Part shown: positions 50,674-63,354 of the stretch, piece after piece
Layout of the letters: every line of letters starts with the position of its first letter
How positions within the stretch are numbered: the first letter of the stretch is position 1
NCBI RefSeq assembly: GCF_004010195.1
Contig: NC_057718.1
Coordinates: forward strand, 84,129,730-84,193,729
DNA from: Chiloscyllium plagiosum
Lineage: Eukaryota
Reading direction: 5' to 3'
Length of the DNA stretch: 64,000 nucleotides
Notes under the pieces: generated by a model
The model's database searches: none
What the model was told of the DNA's origin: nothing
Seen by the model: only the letters and a program-made list of their open reading frames with translations
Made by a program: the position numbers and the translations under genes

Positions 50674-51044
50674 TCAGTTCAAGTGACCCTTGCTCAGAAC
50701 TGATTGTAGCTCGGAAAATGTCAGTTTATAAGCAGAAGATAGGGAGGGGTAACGAGTAACTGTAACGAGTAAATGATAAGTGGGGATAGAACCCAAAGAG
50801 AGATGAACAGTTGGACAGACAAAGGACTTGATAATGATCTGGCTGTGAGGATGAATGGCTATTAATGGGGACTGTTAGTGGCTAAGAATGGGTTGTGTGT
50901 AATAACAGACTGTGATATCAAGACCTGGTATGTGGGGTTGTGGTAAGGACATGGGAGGGCTCACGCCCTAAAGGTCTTGAACTTAATATTGAGTCCGGAA
51001 GGCTGCAGGATCCCCAAGCAGGAACTGAACTCTCAAATGTCTCA

Positions 51045-51176
51045 GGGCAGAAGTGGGTACTGCAGATGCTGGAGATTAGAGTCAAGATTAGAGTGGTGCT
51101 GGAAAAGCACAGCAGGTCAGGCAGCATCTGAGGAGCAGGAAAAATCGACGTTTCAGGCAAAACTCCTTCATCAGGA
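51045..51176 (-). mobile_element. Short hammerhead-bearing PLE-derived insertion
   Basis: Minus strand reads CTGATGAAGGAGTTTTGCCTGAAACGTC (51174-51147), followed by the same tail as the 32545 element. No clear TSD. Confidence 0.78.
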
Positions 51177-54100
51177 GTCTCCGTTTTATCCCTCTGTGTA
51201 AATTTCAGGCACAACATAATATTGAACTCTTTCTTCCATCACCTTCACCTCCATGCCTATTTTTTTGGATAAGAGTCCTCTCCCTGTCTCATAGACCCCT
51301 TTTCTCACCTCCAACGTTCTCCTGCCACTTGGATCCCTCCCTCTGGCCTTTTATTTGCACTCGACCTGTTCATTGAGAAATGTCAACATGACTTTAGTCA
51401 CCTCGATTTCTTTGTGCCCCTTACCCATTCCAGCCTATCCTCCTGGGAACTGATTGCACTCCATTCTCTCCGATCCAACCTGACTTTGTAATTAAACCTG
51501 CTGATAAGGATGGTGCTGTGGTAGTCCAGCAGAATGACCTCTATGTTGTAGATGCTGAGCACCAGCTCTCAGATACCACTTCCAATCTCCCCTGGACCAT
51601 GGCCCTGCAATGGAAAATCAGGCCATTGTGTCTACTACAGTAACCAATCTCATTTCATCTGACCACCACCATCACCGCCACCCCACCTCCCTGCCAAAAC
51701 TGCCTCCAAGTGGATCGACCCCCAACCCGACTTCCCAAAATCCACAAACAGGACTGACTGGATAGACCCATTGTTTCTGCCTGCTCCTACCCCACAGAAC
51801 TGATCTCTTCTGACCTTGACTTTGTCTTTTCTCCCCTGGTCCAGTCCCTGCACACTAACATCTGCAATTCCTCTGATGCCTTCCACCAGTTTAAGAATTT
51901 TCAGTTGCAGGTTCTAGACACCACCACTTTACCAATGAAGTGCAATCCCTTTACACATTCATTCCCCATCAGGATGGTCTCGGGGCTCTCTGCTTCTCAT
52001 GGAACAAGCGCCTGTACTGTCCCCACTCACCACCCGCCTCCTCCACCTGACTGAGCTTGTCCTCGCCCTGAACAACATTTCTTTTCACATTTCTCATTTT
52101 CTTCAGGTCAGAGGGTGGATGTGGGTACTTGCATTGGCCCCAGTTATTCTTTGCGGAGTATGTAGAACATTCCATGTTCCAGTCCTGTTCCAGCCCCCAC
52201 CTACAACTCTTTCTCTGGTATATTGATGATATCATCAGTTCTGCCTCCCTCTCTTGTCCAGAATTGGAAATATTGATTGATTTTGCTTCTGGTTTCCACC
52301 CTGCTTTCACCTTCACCTCGTCCATCTCTGACTCCTCCCTCCCTTTCCTTGACATCTGTTTCCATTTCTGGGGATAGTCTGGCCACCAATATCCACTACA
52401 AATCTACGGACTCCAATAGTTGCCTGGATTATACATCCTTGCTCCCTGCTTCCTGTAAAGGCTCTATTCTATTCTCCCAGTTCCTCCATCTCCATCCCAT
52501 TTGTTCTAATGATGCCAACTTCAACAAGGGAGCCTCCTAAATGTCCCTACCATCCCACCAGATCCAGAGGACCATTAGCTGCCATTTCCACCATCTCCAG
52601 CGAGATGTCACTGCTGGACACACATAACCCTCCTATCTGTAGTCAGGCTTCCACAGTGACTGTTCCCTTCTGGAACTTCCTTCACTACCCCACAGCCTCA
52701 TGGCACCTTTCTCTGCAACCGCAGAAGGTGTTAGATCTGTCCAATTACTTCCTCCCTCATCAGAATCCAAGAGCCCAAACACACCTTCCAGGTGAAGCAG
52801 CACTTCCCACAATCTAGTCTACTGCATTTATTGCTCACATGTGGTCTCCTCAACATTGGAGAAAAGAAGCGTACACTGGGTGATCGCTTCACAAAACACT
52901 TGCGTTCTGTCTGCAAAAAAAGACAACTCGCAGTTGCCTGCCAATTCACCGTGTTCCCTGGCCGAAATCTCTGTCCCAGGCTTGCTGCCGTTTTCCAGTG
53001 AAGCTCAGGACAAGCCAGAAGAACAGCATTTCAATTTCTGCTTGGGGACCCTGTAGCCTTCTGGACTCAATATCGACTTCAATAACTTTAGGGCTTGAGC
53101 TCTCCCATCTCCCAAACGAAACCTTCACACACCAGATCTTGTTATCACATCGTCTGCTATGACATACTACCCATTGTTAGCCACTAATAGTCCCCATTAA
53201 TAGCTATTCACCCTCAGCCAGATTGTTATCCACTTCTCTGTCCGTCCAACTGTTCCTCTCTCATTCTTTGAGTGCTCTCCCCACCTATCATTTTTCAATT
53301 CCCTCTCTTTCACCCCCCCACCCCATCTTCTGCTTATAAACAGACATTTTCCTAGCTATAGTCAGTTCTGCAGAAGTTACTAAACCCAAAATGTTAACTT
53401 TGATTTCTCTCCACAGATGCTGCCAAGACCAGCTGAACTTTTTCAGCAATTTCTTTTTTTGTTTCTGATTTACAGCATCCGCAGTTCTTTCTGTTTTTAA
53501 GTTAGGGACCCAACATTGATCCCTGTGGTACACCACTGTACACCAGCCTCCAGTCACAAACTGCTTTCCACTACAACTTCTGTCTCCTACCATTAAGCTG
53601 ACTTTGGATTTGTCTCATCAAATTGCCCTGGATTCCATGTATGTTTACCTGCTTTATCAGTTTCCCATGTGAGAACTTATCAAAGACTTCGCTGAAATCC
53701 ATATGAACTACACCAACTACGCTTTACGCACCAACACACCTGATCACCACCTCTCAAAATTCAGTCAAATTTGTTAGGCATGACTGCGCTGTATTGACTC
53801 TTCCTGATCAAACCTTGCTTTTCCATGTGGAGATTATTTCTCTCCTTCAGAAGTCTGCCCAATAGTTCCTTGCCACTAATGTGAAACTCACTGGTCAATA
53901 ATTCTCTGGTTTATCTCGAATATCCTTCTTGAAAGGTGGAATTATATTAGCTGTCTCCAGTGCTGTGGCACCTCCCCATGGCCACTGATAACGTAAAAAA
54001 TTAGATCTGAGCCCTTGTAATTTCCTCCCTCGACTCTGACAGCAGCCTGGGATACAACTCATCTGGACCTGGGAATTTGTCCATTTTTAAAGCAGCCAGA

Positions 54101-55221
54101 ATCTCCAATGCCTCCTTGCTCTCCAGGTCAATTTGCTCAGGAACCTCATTGTTCTCCTCCCTAAATTATGTATCTACATCCTCCTTTGCCCGAGTGAAGA
54201 TAGAATTTGTCCACAAGATTTGCTGAGATGATCCTTGTGCTGATCAGAATGCTACTTCTCAAATTCCCTTCTCCAAATACTTTTAGGTGTCTGCAAGAGG
54301 CATTGGGTGACTGATTCCAACTTATTAAGGTCTTTTAACTTAACAATTAAAAGTCACACTTTATAGCAACTGGAAAGGGGAAATAAACTGGCTATCTTCA
54401 AGCGAGAGGTGTTTTTCACTGCAGAAAAAAGAGCTATTGCCTTTGCAAAAATCCTCCCAGAAATGGATTTATAGCCTCAAGCTTTTTAGCTACCTGGGAG
54501 CTAATCTCAGTTGTTGGGAGGCAGAGTGTTTTTGTCATTGGTAACTGGTCACTAGTCTGCAGATCAATCAGCTACGTTGTTGCCCACCAAAGCTCCATTC
54601 ATACACATGCCTTGGTCCCAGCTGGTCTGTAGACCAGACTTTTACTGCTGCTTGAACAAGCAACTGGGTAAAATAGTACAAGTGTCAGGTTACCTTAAAC
54701 ACGTGCAGCAATTCTTCAACAATCCTTGGTTTTTAAAACTGTTCCTTTTCCTATTAAGTTCTCAATTAAAAATACAAAAATGAAAAAATGCAATTTTACA
54801 TCAGTATAATTTTTCTCGCACGCCAAATTATCCAGGAAGAATTGTCCACTTGTAGAATTGCATCTAATGTTGGATACCGTGCCGTAAATTTTGCAAATGT
54901 TTCCTGGTTTTGGTGCTAGTGAGATGCTAGGTTTGTAGGCCATACTTTTCAAAGACTTTGAAATCATGATAAATGTCATGTTCTTTTGACTGTATACAGC
55001 AAGTAATGTACAGGTACTGACCATGCCTTACCAACCCGCATAGCAAAACTGCCTCCGTCAATATTATGAAGGTGAGAGGTAGTATCTTGTGCATTTCTAT
55101 TCATGTGCAAGTAGACTATGTGAACGGCGAAGTAACCAGCAGTGATATATATAAGTTTGTTTTATGCAGTAGCTGTACTTCTGTCTAACTATGTTGGTAA
55201 ATCTGTTTCTTTTCCTTTCAG

Positions 55222-55338
55222 GGATTAGTAAGTCAGTATTAAAGACTATGGCTAGAATGGACCTGGATAAGATCAATTTGGACCTAATAGAAGCTCTGCT
55301 TGAGTGGATAGTGGATGGAAAACACAATTACCCTCCAG
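55222..55338 (+). CDS. DHX57: DHX57 coding exon
   Basis: tttcag|GG...CCAG|gtaag. GISKSVLKTMARMDLDKINLDLIEALLEWIVDGKHNYPP. Phase 1 in, 1 out. Confidence 0.96.
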
Positions 55339-56399
55339 GTAAGTGGAGTCAAATCCAGTCTGCTATTCGTATATAGTTGCAGTTACTTAGAAAAGATGTT
55401 GAAGTGGTCATTGACCAACATGTGCTCAATGCTTGAATCTTGCAAACTTTGAAGGTCATTGTGGCTTAGGATAAAGTGTATAGAGATACAGGAGGGAGGT
55501 GTAAGCTGTTGGGCTTCAGTTGAAACCTGTTCTGTGTTTCCTGTAAGATGATTGCCGTGAGACTTTTGGTTGAATAAGAATATTTACTGAGAACAAATTT
55601 GGAAAGAATAAAACCAAGGCTATGAGAAAATTGAGAATGAATGAAAGAATTGCATTCTAATATATTCCTTGACCTCTGAGCATAACACAACCTTTTACAA
55701 CTAGTTGTTCTTCTCCAGAAAGCGTGTCTGTGAAGGATACAACCGGAGCCAAGCCTTGTATTCTTTCTTATTGATTTACAGAGTTAAGCACTACAAATAT
55801 ACACCTCTTAACGCAACAACTACTGTTTTCACTTGTGTCTTCTTTTGGGCTTAAGTGAATCCCTACAATTAATATATGAAAGACATTTTCTTCTCTTTAA
55901 ATAAAAATTAGAGCTAATATGCACAACTGAAATTTCAAACAAATTGAATCAAAAATATAATTTTGTACAAGCTTTATATTGTGGGTGCCACTGTTCTAAG
56001 ACCCTAACAAATTTATTTGTACATTCACTGATTTTTGTAAAACAGGTGATTAATTCTGACATTGACTGTGGAAAATGAGTTTCCCTCGAGGCAAAATATT
56101 TGCAGCAGCTTTTTGAAATTTTCTTAGCTTCCAGAACTCATGGACAATATTTACCATTTTCAAGATGTATTACGAAAGCTATTACACTTTAGTACCCATC
56201 AGAATGTGAATATTATGTGGAATATTATTAAAAATTATTAGTTTAAGTTCTGTATGACACGTAAAGATCGGACATTAAAAATGTTCCTCTCGATATAATA
56301 TTGTGTTTTCTCTTACAACACTCTTCGAAGTTTTTTTTGTGTCGTACTTAAATGAGTAGATCAAACGGGCATTTTGACTGGGATAATCAGAGTATAGAG

Positions 56400-56610
56400 G
56401 CAGAGAGGGGAAAGAATAGCTAGAGTATTATTAGGGAGCATAGGTTTAAGATAAAAGGAAGTAAGTTTTAAAGGAGATGTGAGAGCCAAGTCTTTTACAC
56501 AGAGCAGGGTATGTGCCTGGAATGTATTGCCAAGGAGGAGGTAGAAGTGGACACAATAGCAACATTTAAGAGGCATCTTGATGGATACATGAATAAATAG
56601 GGAATAGAGG
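56400..56610 (+). mobile_element. CR1 3' fragment
   Basis: gggagcataggtttaag...ttttacacagag...tggaatgtattgcc...tttaagaggcatcttgatgga. Confidence 0.75.
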
Positions 56611-57789
56611 GGTAAGTTTCATTTCCTAAGACTAAATCCCCTCTAGTTGAGCTTGTTACATGCTGGTAAAATGGTTCTCTTGATGCAGTTCAAGAATATT
56701 GTGCCCTCTGGGTCTTTCATATTGCTTGTATCACAGTTGATGTTGGGTAGTTAAAGCCCCTATTACTACCCTATTGTTTTTGAACACAGAAATTTGCTTC
56801 CATATTTGCTAATCTCTCTGCTTCCCACTATCTAGAAGTCTATAGTACACTTCTAGAAGTGTGGCTGCCACTTTTGTATTTCTGATCTGAACCAATATGG
56901 CTCCACTTGATGATTAAGTTACTATATCATCCCTCTCTGCAACTGTATTTGATTCTTTAACCAATTACTCTCTGTTCTGATCTCCTCTTACTCTCCTGCA
57001 TTACTCATTGGTCCAGTTAGTTGGAGACCAAACAAAGATGGGAGTCCTGACACATTTATTACATGGAAATTGCCTGGGAAGTTGTAACTTCCAATGGCCT
57101 GTTACCCAATGTCTTAAACCCTCCAAAAACATCTCCTACTCTATGTTACAGTCAGAGACTTTGGAGGAGTCTGACTTATTTACTTTTAAAGATAGCCAGA
57201 AAAGGGTTAAAGAGATTAAAAGCTGTTCTGATTTCTGGTTAACTATGTAAGATATATCCACCTCCACCCTTGACTCACCAGTCGACCCCACCCCCCGCCC
57301 CTTTCCATGACTTCTCAGTATATTAGCACTTCTATTTCACCCTTTAAAAATTCATTTGACCTACTGTATCTCCTCAAACATTTGCCACTGAACTCCCACA
57401 ACCATTTGTCTGCTTGGCCACTTGGCATCCTACCCCTCACTTACCTTACACACTTGTATTCTGTCCTTAGCTGTCGAAATGACTTTAGGACCTTTAAACA
57501 TGAATTAAGACAATTATTGCTGTTATGGTGAGACATAGTTTTTGTGATGATTCACTCACTGTTGCTTGCTGGACTGCCCCTGCCTTGTAGTCTAGCTGGA
57601 AAACGCCTGACAGCAAACTGACGGGCAATTTTGTTTTGTCTGATTTGGATGGAAATAAAAAATATGGATCTGGATCAAAAACAATTCAAGAATTATTTTC
57701 TCCTCACTGAAATTACTTGCTACTAATTATCTTCTCTCCAAGACCAACTTGTCAAGGTGTAGTTTCAACATTTATTTTGGGTGGTTTGT

Positions 57790-58250
57790 CAAACTTTTGG
57801 ACAGGGTGTAGAGATTTTCTAGTATGATACTAAGAATGAAGAATTTCTGTTGTATAAACTTTGGGATTGTTCTCAGAGCAGAGAAGGTTAAAGGGAGATT
57901 ATATTCAAAATTCTGAGGGATTTTCCTAAAACAAATAACAAGAAATTGTTTCCATTGTGAGGAGAATCAGAACACAGATTTAAGACAAATGGCAGCTTGA
58001 CTGGAGGAGAGCTTAGGGGAAATGTTTCTAATGTCCACAAGTTATAACGAACTGGAATGCACAGCTTGAAAGCATGGTGGAAACAGATTCACAAGTAACT
58101 TCTAAAAGGGAATTAGATATATAATGAAAAGGAACCTTTTGCAGGGCTATGGGACAAGGTCAGGGAATGGCATTACAAGATAGCTTTTTCAAAGTTCCAG
58201 CATTGATGTGTTGAGCTCAATGGTTTCATTCAGTTCTATACAGTTGTATG
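57790..58250 (+). mobile_element. Old CR1 3' fragment
   Basis: gagcagagaaggttaaagggagat...ttcaaaattctgagggat...tggaatgcacagc. Confidence 0.6.
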
Positions 58251-58457
58251 AAAATGTTGCCTGACCCTTTGGACTATTCTATTCTTTCAATTCTTTACTT
58301 CTGATAGATAAACAAGCTATCTCATGCTGTTTTGTCTTTTGATGACTTTAAAATGTTGCTGAAAATGGTTTTAATTTTTCCAAATACAATTCCAGATCTG
58401 CTGAGTTTATACTAAATAGGGAAATTATTTGTCTTTTTTTCCCTTCCATTTGGTAAA

Positions 58458-59515
58458 CTTAGGTCACATGGGATTCAGGGTGAGCTTGTCAATTGGATAC
58501 ATAATTGGTTTAACGAGAGGAGACAGAGTGGGAGCTTTTTGGACTGGATGCCTGTCACCTGCAGTGTTCCACACGGATCAGTTCTGAGTCCTTTTTTGTT
58601 CGTCATTTATTATAAATGATTCAACTGAGAATATAGAAGGCATGGATAGTAAGTTTGTGGACAACAACAAAATTGGTGGCATTGTAGACAGTGAAGAAGG
58701 TTTTCTAAGATTACAAAGGGATCTTGATCAAATGGGTCAATGGACTGAGAAATGGCAGTTGGAGTTTAATCTGGATAAATGCGAGGTATTGCATTTTGGT
58801 ACAACAAACAAGGGTAGGGTTTATACAGTTAATGGTAGGGCCTTGGGTAGTGTTGTAGAGCAGAGAGACCTGGGGTGCAGGTACGTAATTCTTTGAATTT
58901 TGGCGTCACATTTAGACAGGGGTGGTTAAAAGGCATTTGGCACACTTGCCTTCATTGCTCAGTCCTTTTGAGTAGAGAGGTTGGGAAGTCATGTTGAAGT
59001 TGTACAGGACATTGGTAAGGCCTCTGCTGGAATACTGTATCCAGTTCTGGTTACCCAGTTATAGGAAGGATATTATTAAGATGGAGAGGGTTCAGAAGAG
59101 ATTTATCAGGATGTTGCTGGGTATGGAAGGTTTGAGTTATAAAGATAGGCTGGGATCTTTTGCACTAGACTATAAAATAACAAGAGGTCGAGATAGAGTT
59201 AATGGTAGTTGTCTTTTCCCTTAAATGGGGCCTTTCAAGACTCTGGGACACTTCTTGTTTAAGGTGAGAGGAAAAGATTTTAAAAAAGACATGAGGGGCA
59301 AATTCTTTACACAAAGGGTGGTTTGAGTGTGGAATGAACTTCCCGAGGAAGTGGTGGGTGTAGGTACAATTACAATGTTGAAAGGACATTTGGATAAGCT
59401 CATGAATAGAAAGGTTTGGCCAGGAGCAGGCAGGTGGGAGTAATTTAGTTTGGGATTATGTTCAGCATGGTCTGATTAGACCGAGGGGTCTCATTTCCAT
59501 GCTCTATGACTCTGA
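58458..59515 (+). mobile_element. CR1 RT with 3' end
   Basis: SKFVDNNKIGG...QLEFNLDKCEVLHFG and LYRTLVRPLLEYCIQFW. Confidence 0.9.
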
Positions 59516-59664
59516 CTTAAAGTGGTACAATGAATTGCCTGTTTTCTTTTATTAAGGATGCTTAATTGCATGAACATTATTCCAATTTAGAAATATTCAG
59601 GCAGTTGCGACGGTAAAAGTGTGAGAATAACGGGAGTAATATTTTCATATATGGTGTGTTAGGT

Positions 59665-60250
59665 TTTATTGGTAGAAGAATTGAGTTTTGGAGCCATGAT
59701 GTCATGTTGCAGCTGTACAAAGCTCTGGTGTGGCCACACTTGGAGTGTTACGTACGTTTCTGGTCACTGCATTATAGGGAGAATGTGGAAGCGTTGGAAA
59801 CGGTGCAAAGATGATTTTCTGGATGTTGTCTGGTATGGAGGGAAGGTCTTATGAAGAAAGGCAGAGGGACTTGGGGCTGTTTTTATTAGAGAGAAGAAGG
59901 TTAATAGGTGACTTAATAGAGACATGCAAGATGATCAGAGAATTAGATAGGGTGGACAGTGAGAGCCTTTCACCTCAGATAGTGATGGCTAGCATGAGGG
60001 GATATAGCTTTAAATTGTGGGGTAATAGATATAGGACCGATGTCAGAGGTAGGTTCTTTACTCAGAGTAGTAAGGGCGTGGAAAGCCCTGCCTGCAACAG
60101 TAATAGACTCTCCAACTTTAAGGGCATTTAAATGGTCATTGGATAAACATATGGATGATAATGAAACAGTGTAGGTTAGATGTGCTTCAGATTGGTTGCA
60201 CAGGTCGGTGCAACATCAAGGGCCGAAGGGCCTCTGTTATGTTCTATGTC
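59665..60250 (+). mobile_element. CR1 3' fragment ending about 40 nt upstream of a DHX57 acceptor
   Basis: RSYEERQRDLGLFLLERRRLIGDLIETCKMIR and a tgttatgttctatg tail. Confidence 0.88.
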
Positions 60251-60291
60251 TTTGTTGATAATTTAATTTTAATGTTATTTTATTTTAATAG

Positions 60292-60388
60292 GTGCTGTTT
60301 TAATATTTTTGCCTGGCCTGGCAGAAATCAAGTTACTATACGAACAACTTCAGTCTAACCCTTTTTTCAACAACAGGCGTGACAAAAG
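60292..60388 (+). CDS. DHX57: DHX57 coding exon (motif IV LIFLPG)
   Basis: aatag|GT...AAAAG|gtttg. GAVLIFLPGLAEIKLLYEQLQSNPFFNNRRDKR. Phase 1 in, 2 out. Confidence 0.96.
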
Positions 60389-61583
60389 GTTTGTGATTTG
60401 AAGAAGTAAAGGGAGCTCATTATTTGGGACAGTATTGAATGCTCTACTTTCAGTGATGTTGAAGTCATGAAAAGGAATCCACAAGGATTCACTAAATTGA
60501 ACCCAAGGATAAAGGGTTTTAATTATGAGAAAAGTTTAGAAAATCATGGGCTTTTTTTACTAAATATTTTGATAATTGGTAATTAATAATTGAGTTGGCA
60601 GGAGACCTAGGACTGTCATTGAAAGAAAAAGGTTAAATAAGATTTATTACAGTTTTACTTCAAGACTTAATGGTCACATGGCCAAACAGATTGATTATCA
60701 AACTAAAAATCTGGCTATGGCGGGCAGTATGAGTAGAAGTGTCGCCTGGTCTGTTCCGTTTGATGCAGAGTGGCACCCCTCAATTTATAGTCTAGGGACA
60801 GGTTTGTGACTTGTTCCAGGAGAAAACTAGCTATGGAAACGGTTGTTAGAATGTACTTTGTCTGCCTAATCCACCACTATGTTTGGGAAAAGAAATGATA
60901 TCCATTAGACCGCCCAAAACAATGTTGAGTATATATTTGAAAAAGAAAAATGAAGAGGGATGGGGTAAATGTACTAAGTGAGTGGGTTACTTAGCTTCCT
61001 CGACTAAATTTCTATTACCTTAAAGAACAGAATGACTATAAATGTTGAATTTCTTCTTTTAAAATGCCCCAACCTTGTAGTGTTTACTGTTTGTTTGTAA
61101 GTAGATTTTAACCATAGTGAAAATTACATTGAGATGTGTCTTGTGTATGTTGTGATGAAAATTCCAAATGGCTGTCTTTCCTTAAATGGAAGGGAGTAAA
61201 AGGGAACAACAGGGACGCTACCTGAAGCTAATCTCTAAATACAGGGTTCTAACAAGATGGGAAATAGTTACCTTTCAAAAAGAACTAATGTATCAAAAAA
61301 GAATGATTTGGTTTGAAAGGATTAAGATTGTAGGCGAAGAAAAGATTGAGGGCGATGAGTAATTTGTGATGAAAGGTGTGTGATTTTATATAATATACAC
61401 TCATAGGCATTTTAATATCTTTTTTGGGTTTGGATTTATTGGCAAATGGGTGGGTTGCTTTTGTGTAGTATTTTAAAAATATATAATTAAGTCAGAGTCT
61501 TTCTGGAACTGTAACCTAACCCAGTATGTATCAGAGATCAGGCAAGTCTAGAGTGTTAATGGAAGATTGTTTTTACTATGATG

Positions 61584-62225
61584 GTTTATGACAGGTGGGG
61601 TAAATTTGAAGGCCATTAGCTCGTTTTTGTTTCAGGATAATCAAGGTTTGGTTTCACTTTCGAAAACGAGTGACTGAAATCTCCTCGTCAGATTTGGAGG
61701 AGACCTAACATGAGTCAAAAGCATATACTGTTTATTTCTTAGAAAGGAATTCAGGAAACTTTAGGGAAAGCACAGTTAATTCAGTGTAAAAAATTTGTTT
61801 GTTTTGAAACAAGTTGAAAATCTTAATTTTATTAAAGCTGAGAAGATCTAAATTTTCAATTTTGAGAATATTTATGTAATAAAACTTCACAGTTCACATG
61901 AAAAAACTGGGAAGAATCAGTTAAATCAAGCTTAAAGATTTGACATAGTAGGAAAATGTCACTGGATTTGATCTTCTGTAACAAATAGCTTCTGAAAATG
62001 CAAAGAAACTTTATTTTACGGTGTACTGTATTTTAAGATCTTTCAGAGCTGCATTCTGTATTTACATAGCTTGGTTTTGTGATATAAATATCTGTTTTAT
62101 TGTTAAAGAAAATCTGCAGCCTATGTTTCAGTGAATGATCATTTTAACTAAAATTAGAAAAAAATAATGAAGCCATGTTTCATCCTGTGACCTGTCCAGC
62201 TGTATGATTAGGTGGGGTCATAATA
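61584..62225. mobile_element. Possible solo LTR
   Basis: Inverted termini gtttatgac...gtcataata around about 640 bp of non-coding DNA. No TSD confirmed. Confidence 0.3.
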
Positions 62226-62729
62226 AGTTCCATAATTTTGAAACTTGGTGTATAAATGACCAAGAGGTTGTGTCATTAATCTTGATTTCAATACTGAAAT
62301 CTAAGGCAGATAAAGAGCATGAGGGATGATAAATTTGGAATTTAGAAAATTTTGGTGAAGCACTAGCCATATTAATATTATAGAATGAAAGCAGAAGTCA
62401 CATTCTAATGGTGAGAGAAATTACCAATTGAACCACAAGCCTTTTCCTGTATCCTGGTCAGCATTGTAAGATATTTGCTAGAAAACTGTAGGCAGCTATG
62501 ATTGGAGTATTCACATCTTAAATAGACTTTGGTTTGGTTTAGACTCCCAAGAAAAAGCAAGTGTTAACCAAAATTATGGGCAGCTGATCCTCTACATGAT
62601 GAGTTTTTAATCCCTTCAGATTGTAATAAGTGGTTGATCCACAGAGCCTAAAAAGTCTCATAAAAAGAAAGCCAGAGGAGAATTATCAGGGTTCCAGCAC
62701 CTGGCTTCAGACCAACAAATGTTACCTTG

Positions 62730-62958
62730 CGGCACCAGGGACCCAGGTTCAGTTCCAGCCTCTGGCGACTGTCTGTGTGGAGTTTGCACATTCTCCCTGT
62801 GTCTGTTTCCTCCCACAGTCCAAAGATGTGCAGGTTAGGTGCATTAATCAGGGGTAAATGTAGAATAATGGGGAATGGGTTTAGGTGGGATACTCTTCGG
62901 AGGGTTGGTGTGGACCTGTTGGGCCGATGGGCCTGTTTCCACACTGTCGTGATTCTAT
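62730..62958 (+). mobile_element. HE1-like SINE
   Basis: gcaccagggacccaggttcagttccagcc...gggccgatgggcctgtttccacactgt. Confidence 0.87.
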
Positions 62959-63180
62959 GCTTCTACAAATTCATGCAATTCCAATATTTTGAGCAGAGAG
63001 AGTTTGGCACAGCGATATGTGATTTTCTAAACAAATTTTATTTGTGGATATTTAATAAATTTAATTTAGTCTTATTATTTTTATGTTTTATTAATACAGA
63101 ATATTTCAAATAACTTTACCATTTTCAAAGTATTACTGATAAACGTTTTTCGGTGAAATAAACTGACTATTCCCTTCCAG

Positions 63181-63354
63181 GTGTGTGATACATCCACTGC
63201 ACTCTTCACTGTCCAGTGAGGAGCAACAAGCTGTCTTCTCACGCCCTCCTAAAGGCACTACCAAGATTATAATTTCCACCAACATTGCTGAAACGTCAGT
63301 TACCATTGATGATGTTGTTTATGTTATTGATTCTGGGAAGATGAAAGAAAAGAG
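63181..63354 (+). CDS. DHX57: DHX57 coding exon (motifs IVa and V, STNIAETS)
   Basis: ttccag|G...AAGAG|gtaca. [19 protein letters not shown]...[29 protein letters not shown]. Phase 2 in, 2 out. The gene continues beyond the window. Confidence 0.97.

Larger units (their letters stand above)
50526..53499 (+). mobile_element. Near-complete degraded PLE with an inverted 5' copy of its 3' repeat
   Basis: RT LFLWYIDDII...FTFTSSISDSSLPFLDI and GIY-YIG CGLLNIGEKKRTLGDRFTKH. 50526-51025 is an inverted copy of about 53035-53470. Degenerate TSD agtaagggactca / agttagggaccca. Confidence 0.85.
49408..54200 (-). mobile_element. CR1 LINE hosting nested PLE insertions
   Basis: VALEEVQRRFARMWPELEH at 49694-49876. 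RT remnants (GVPQGSMLGP, DFSEVFDK-like) resume at 53500-54200. Confidence 0.8.

Noticed and set aside
53368..53397. Functional hammerhead at the 3' end of the large PLE
   Set aside because: The core is degenerate (ctgcagaag...ccaaaatgtt), with CUGANGA and GAAA lost.
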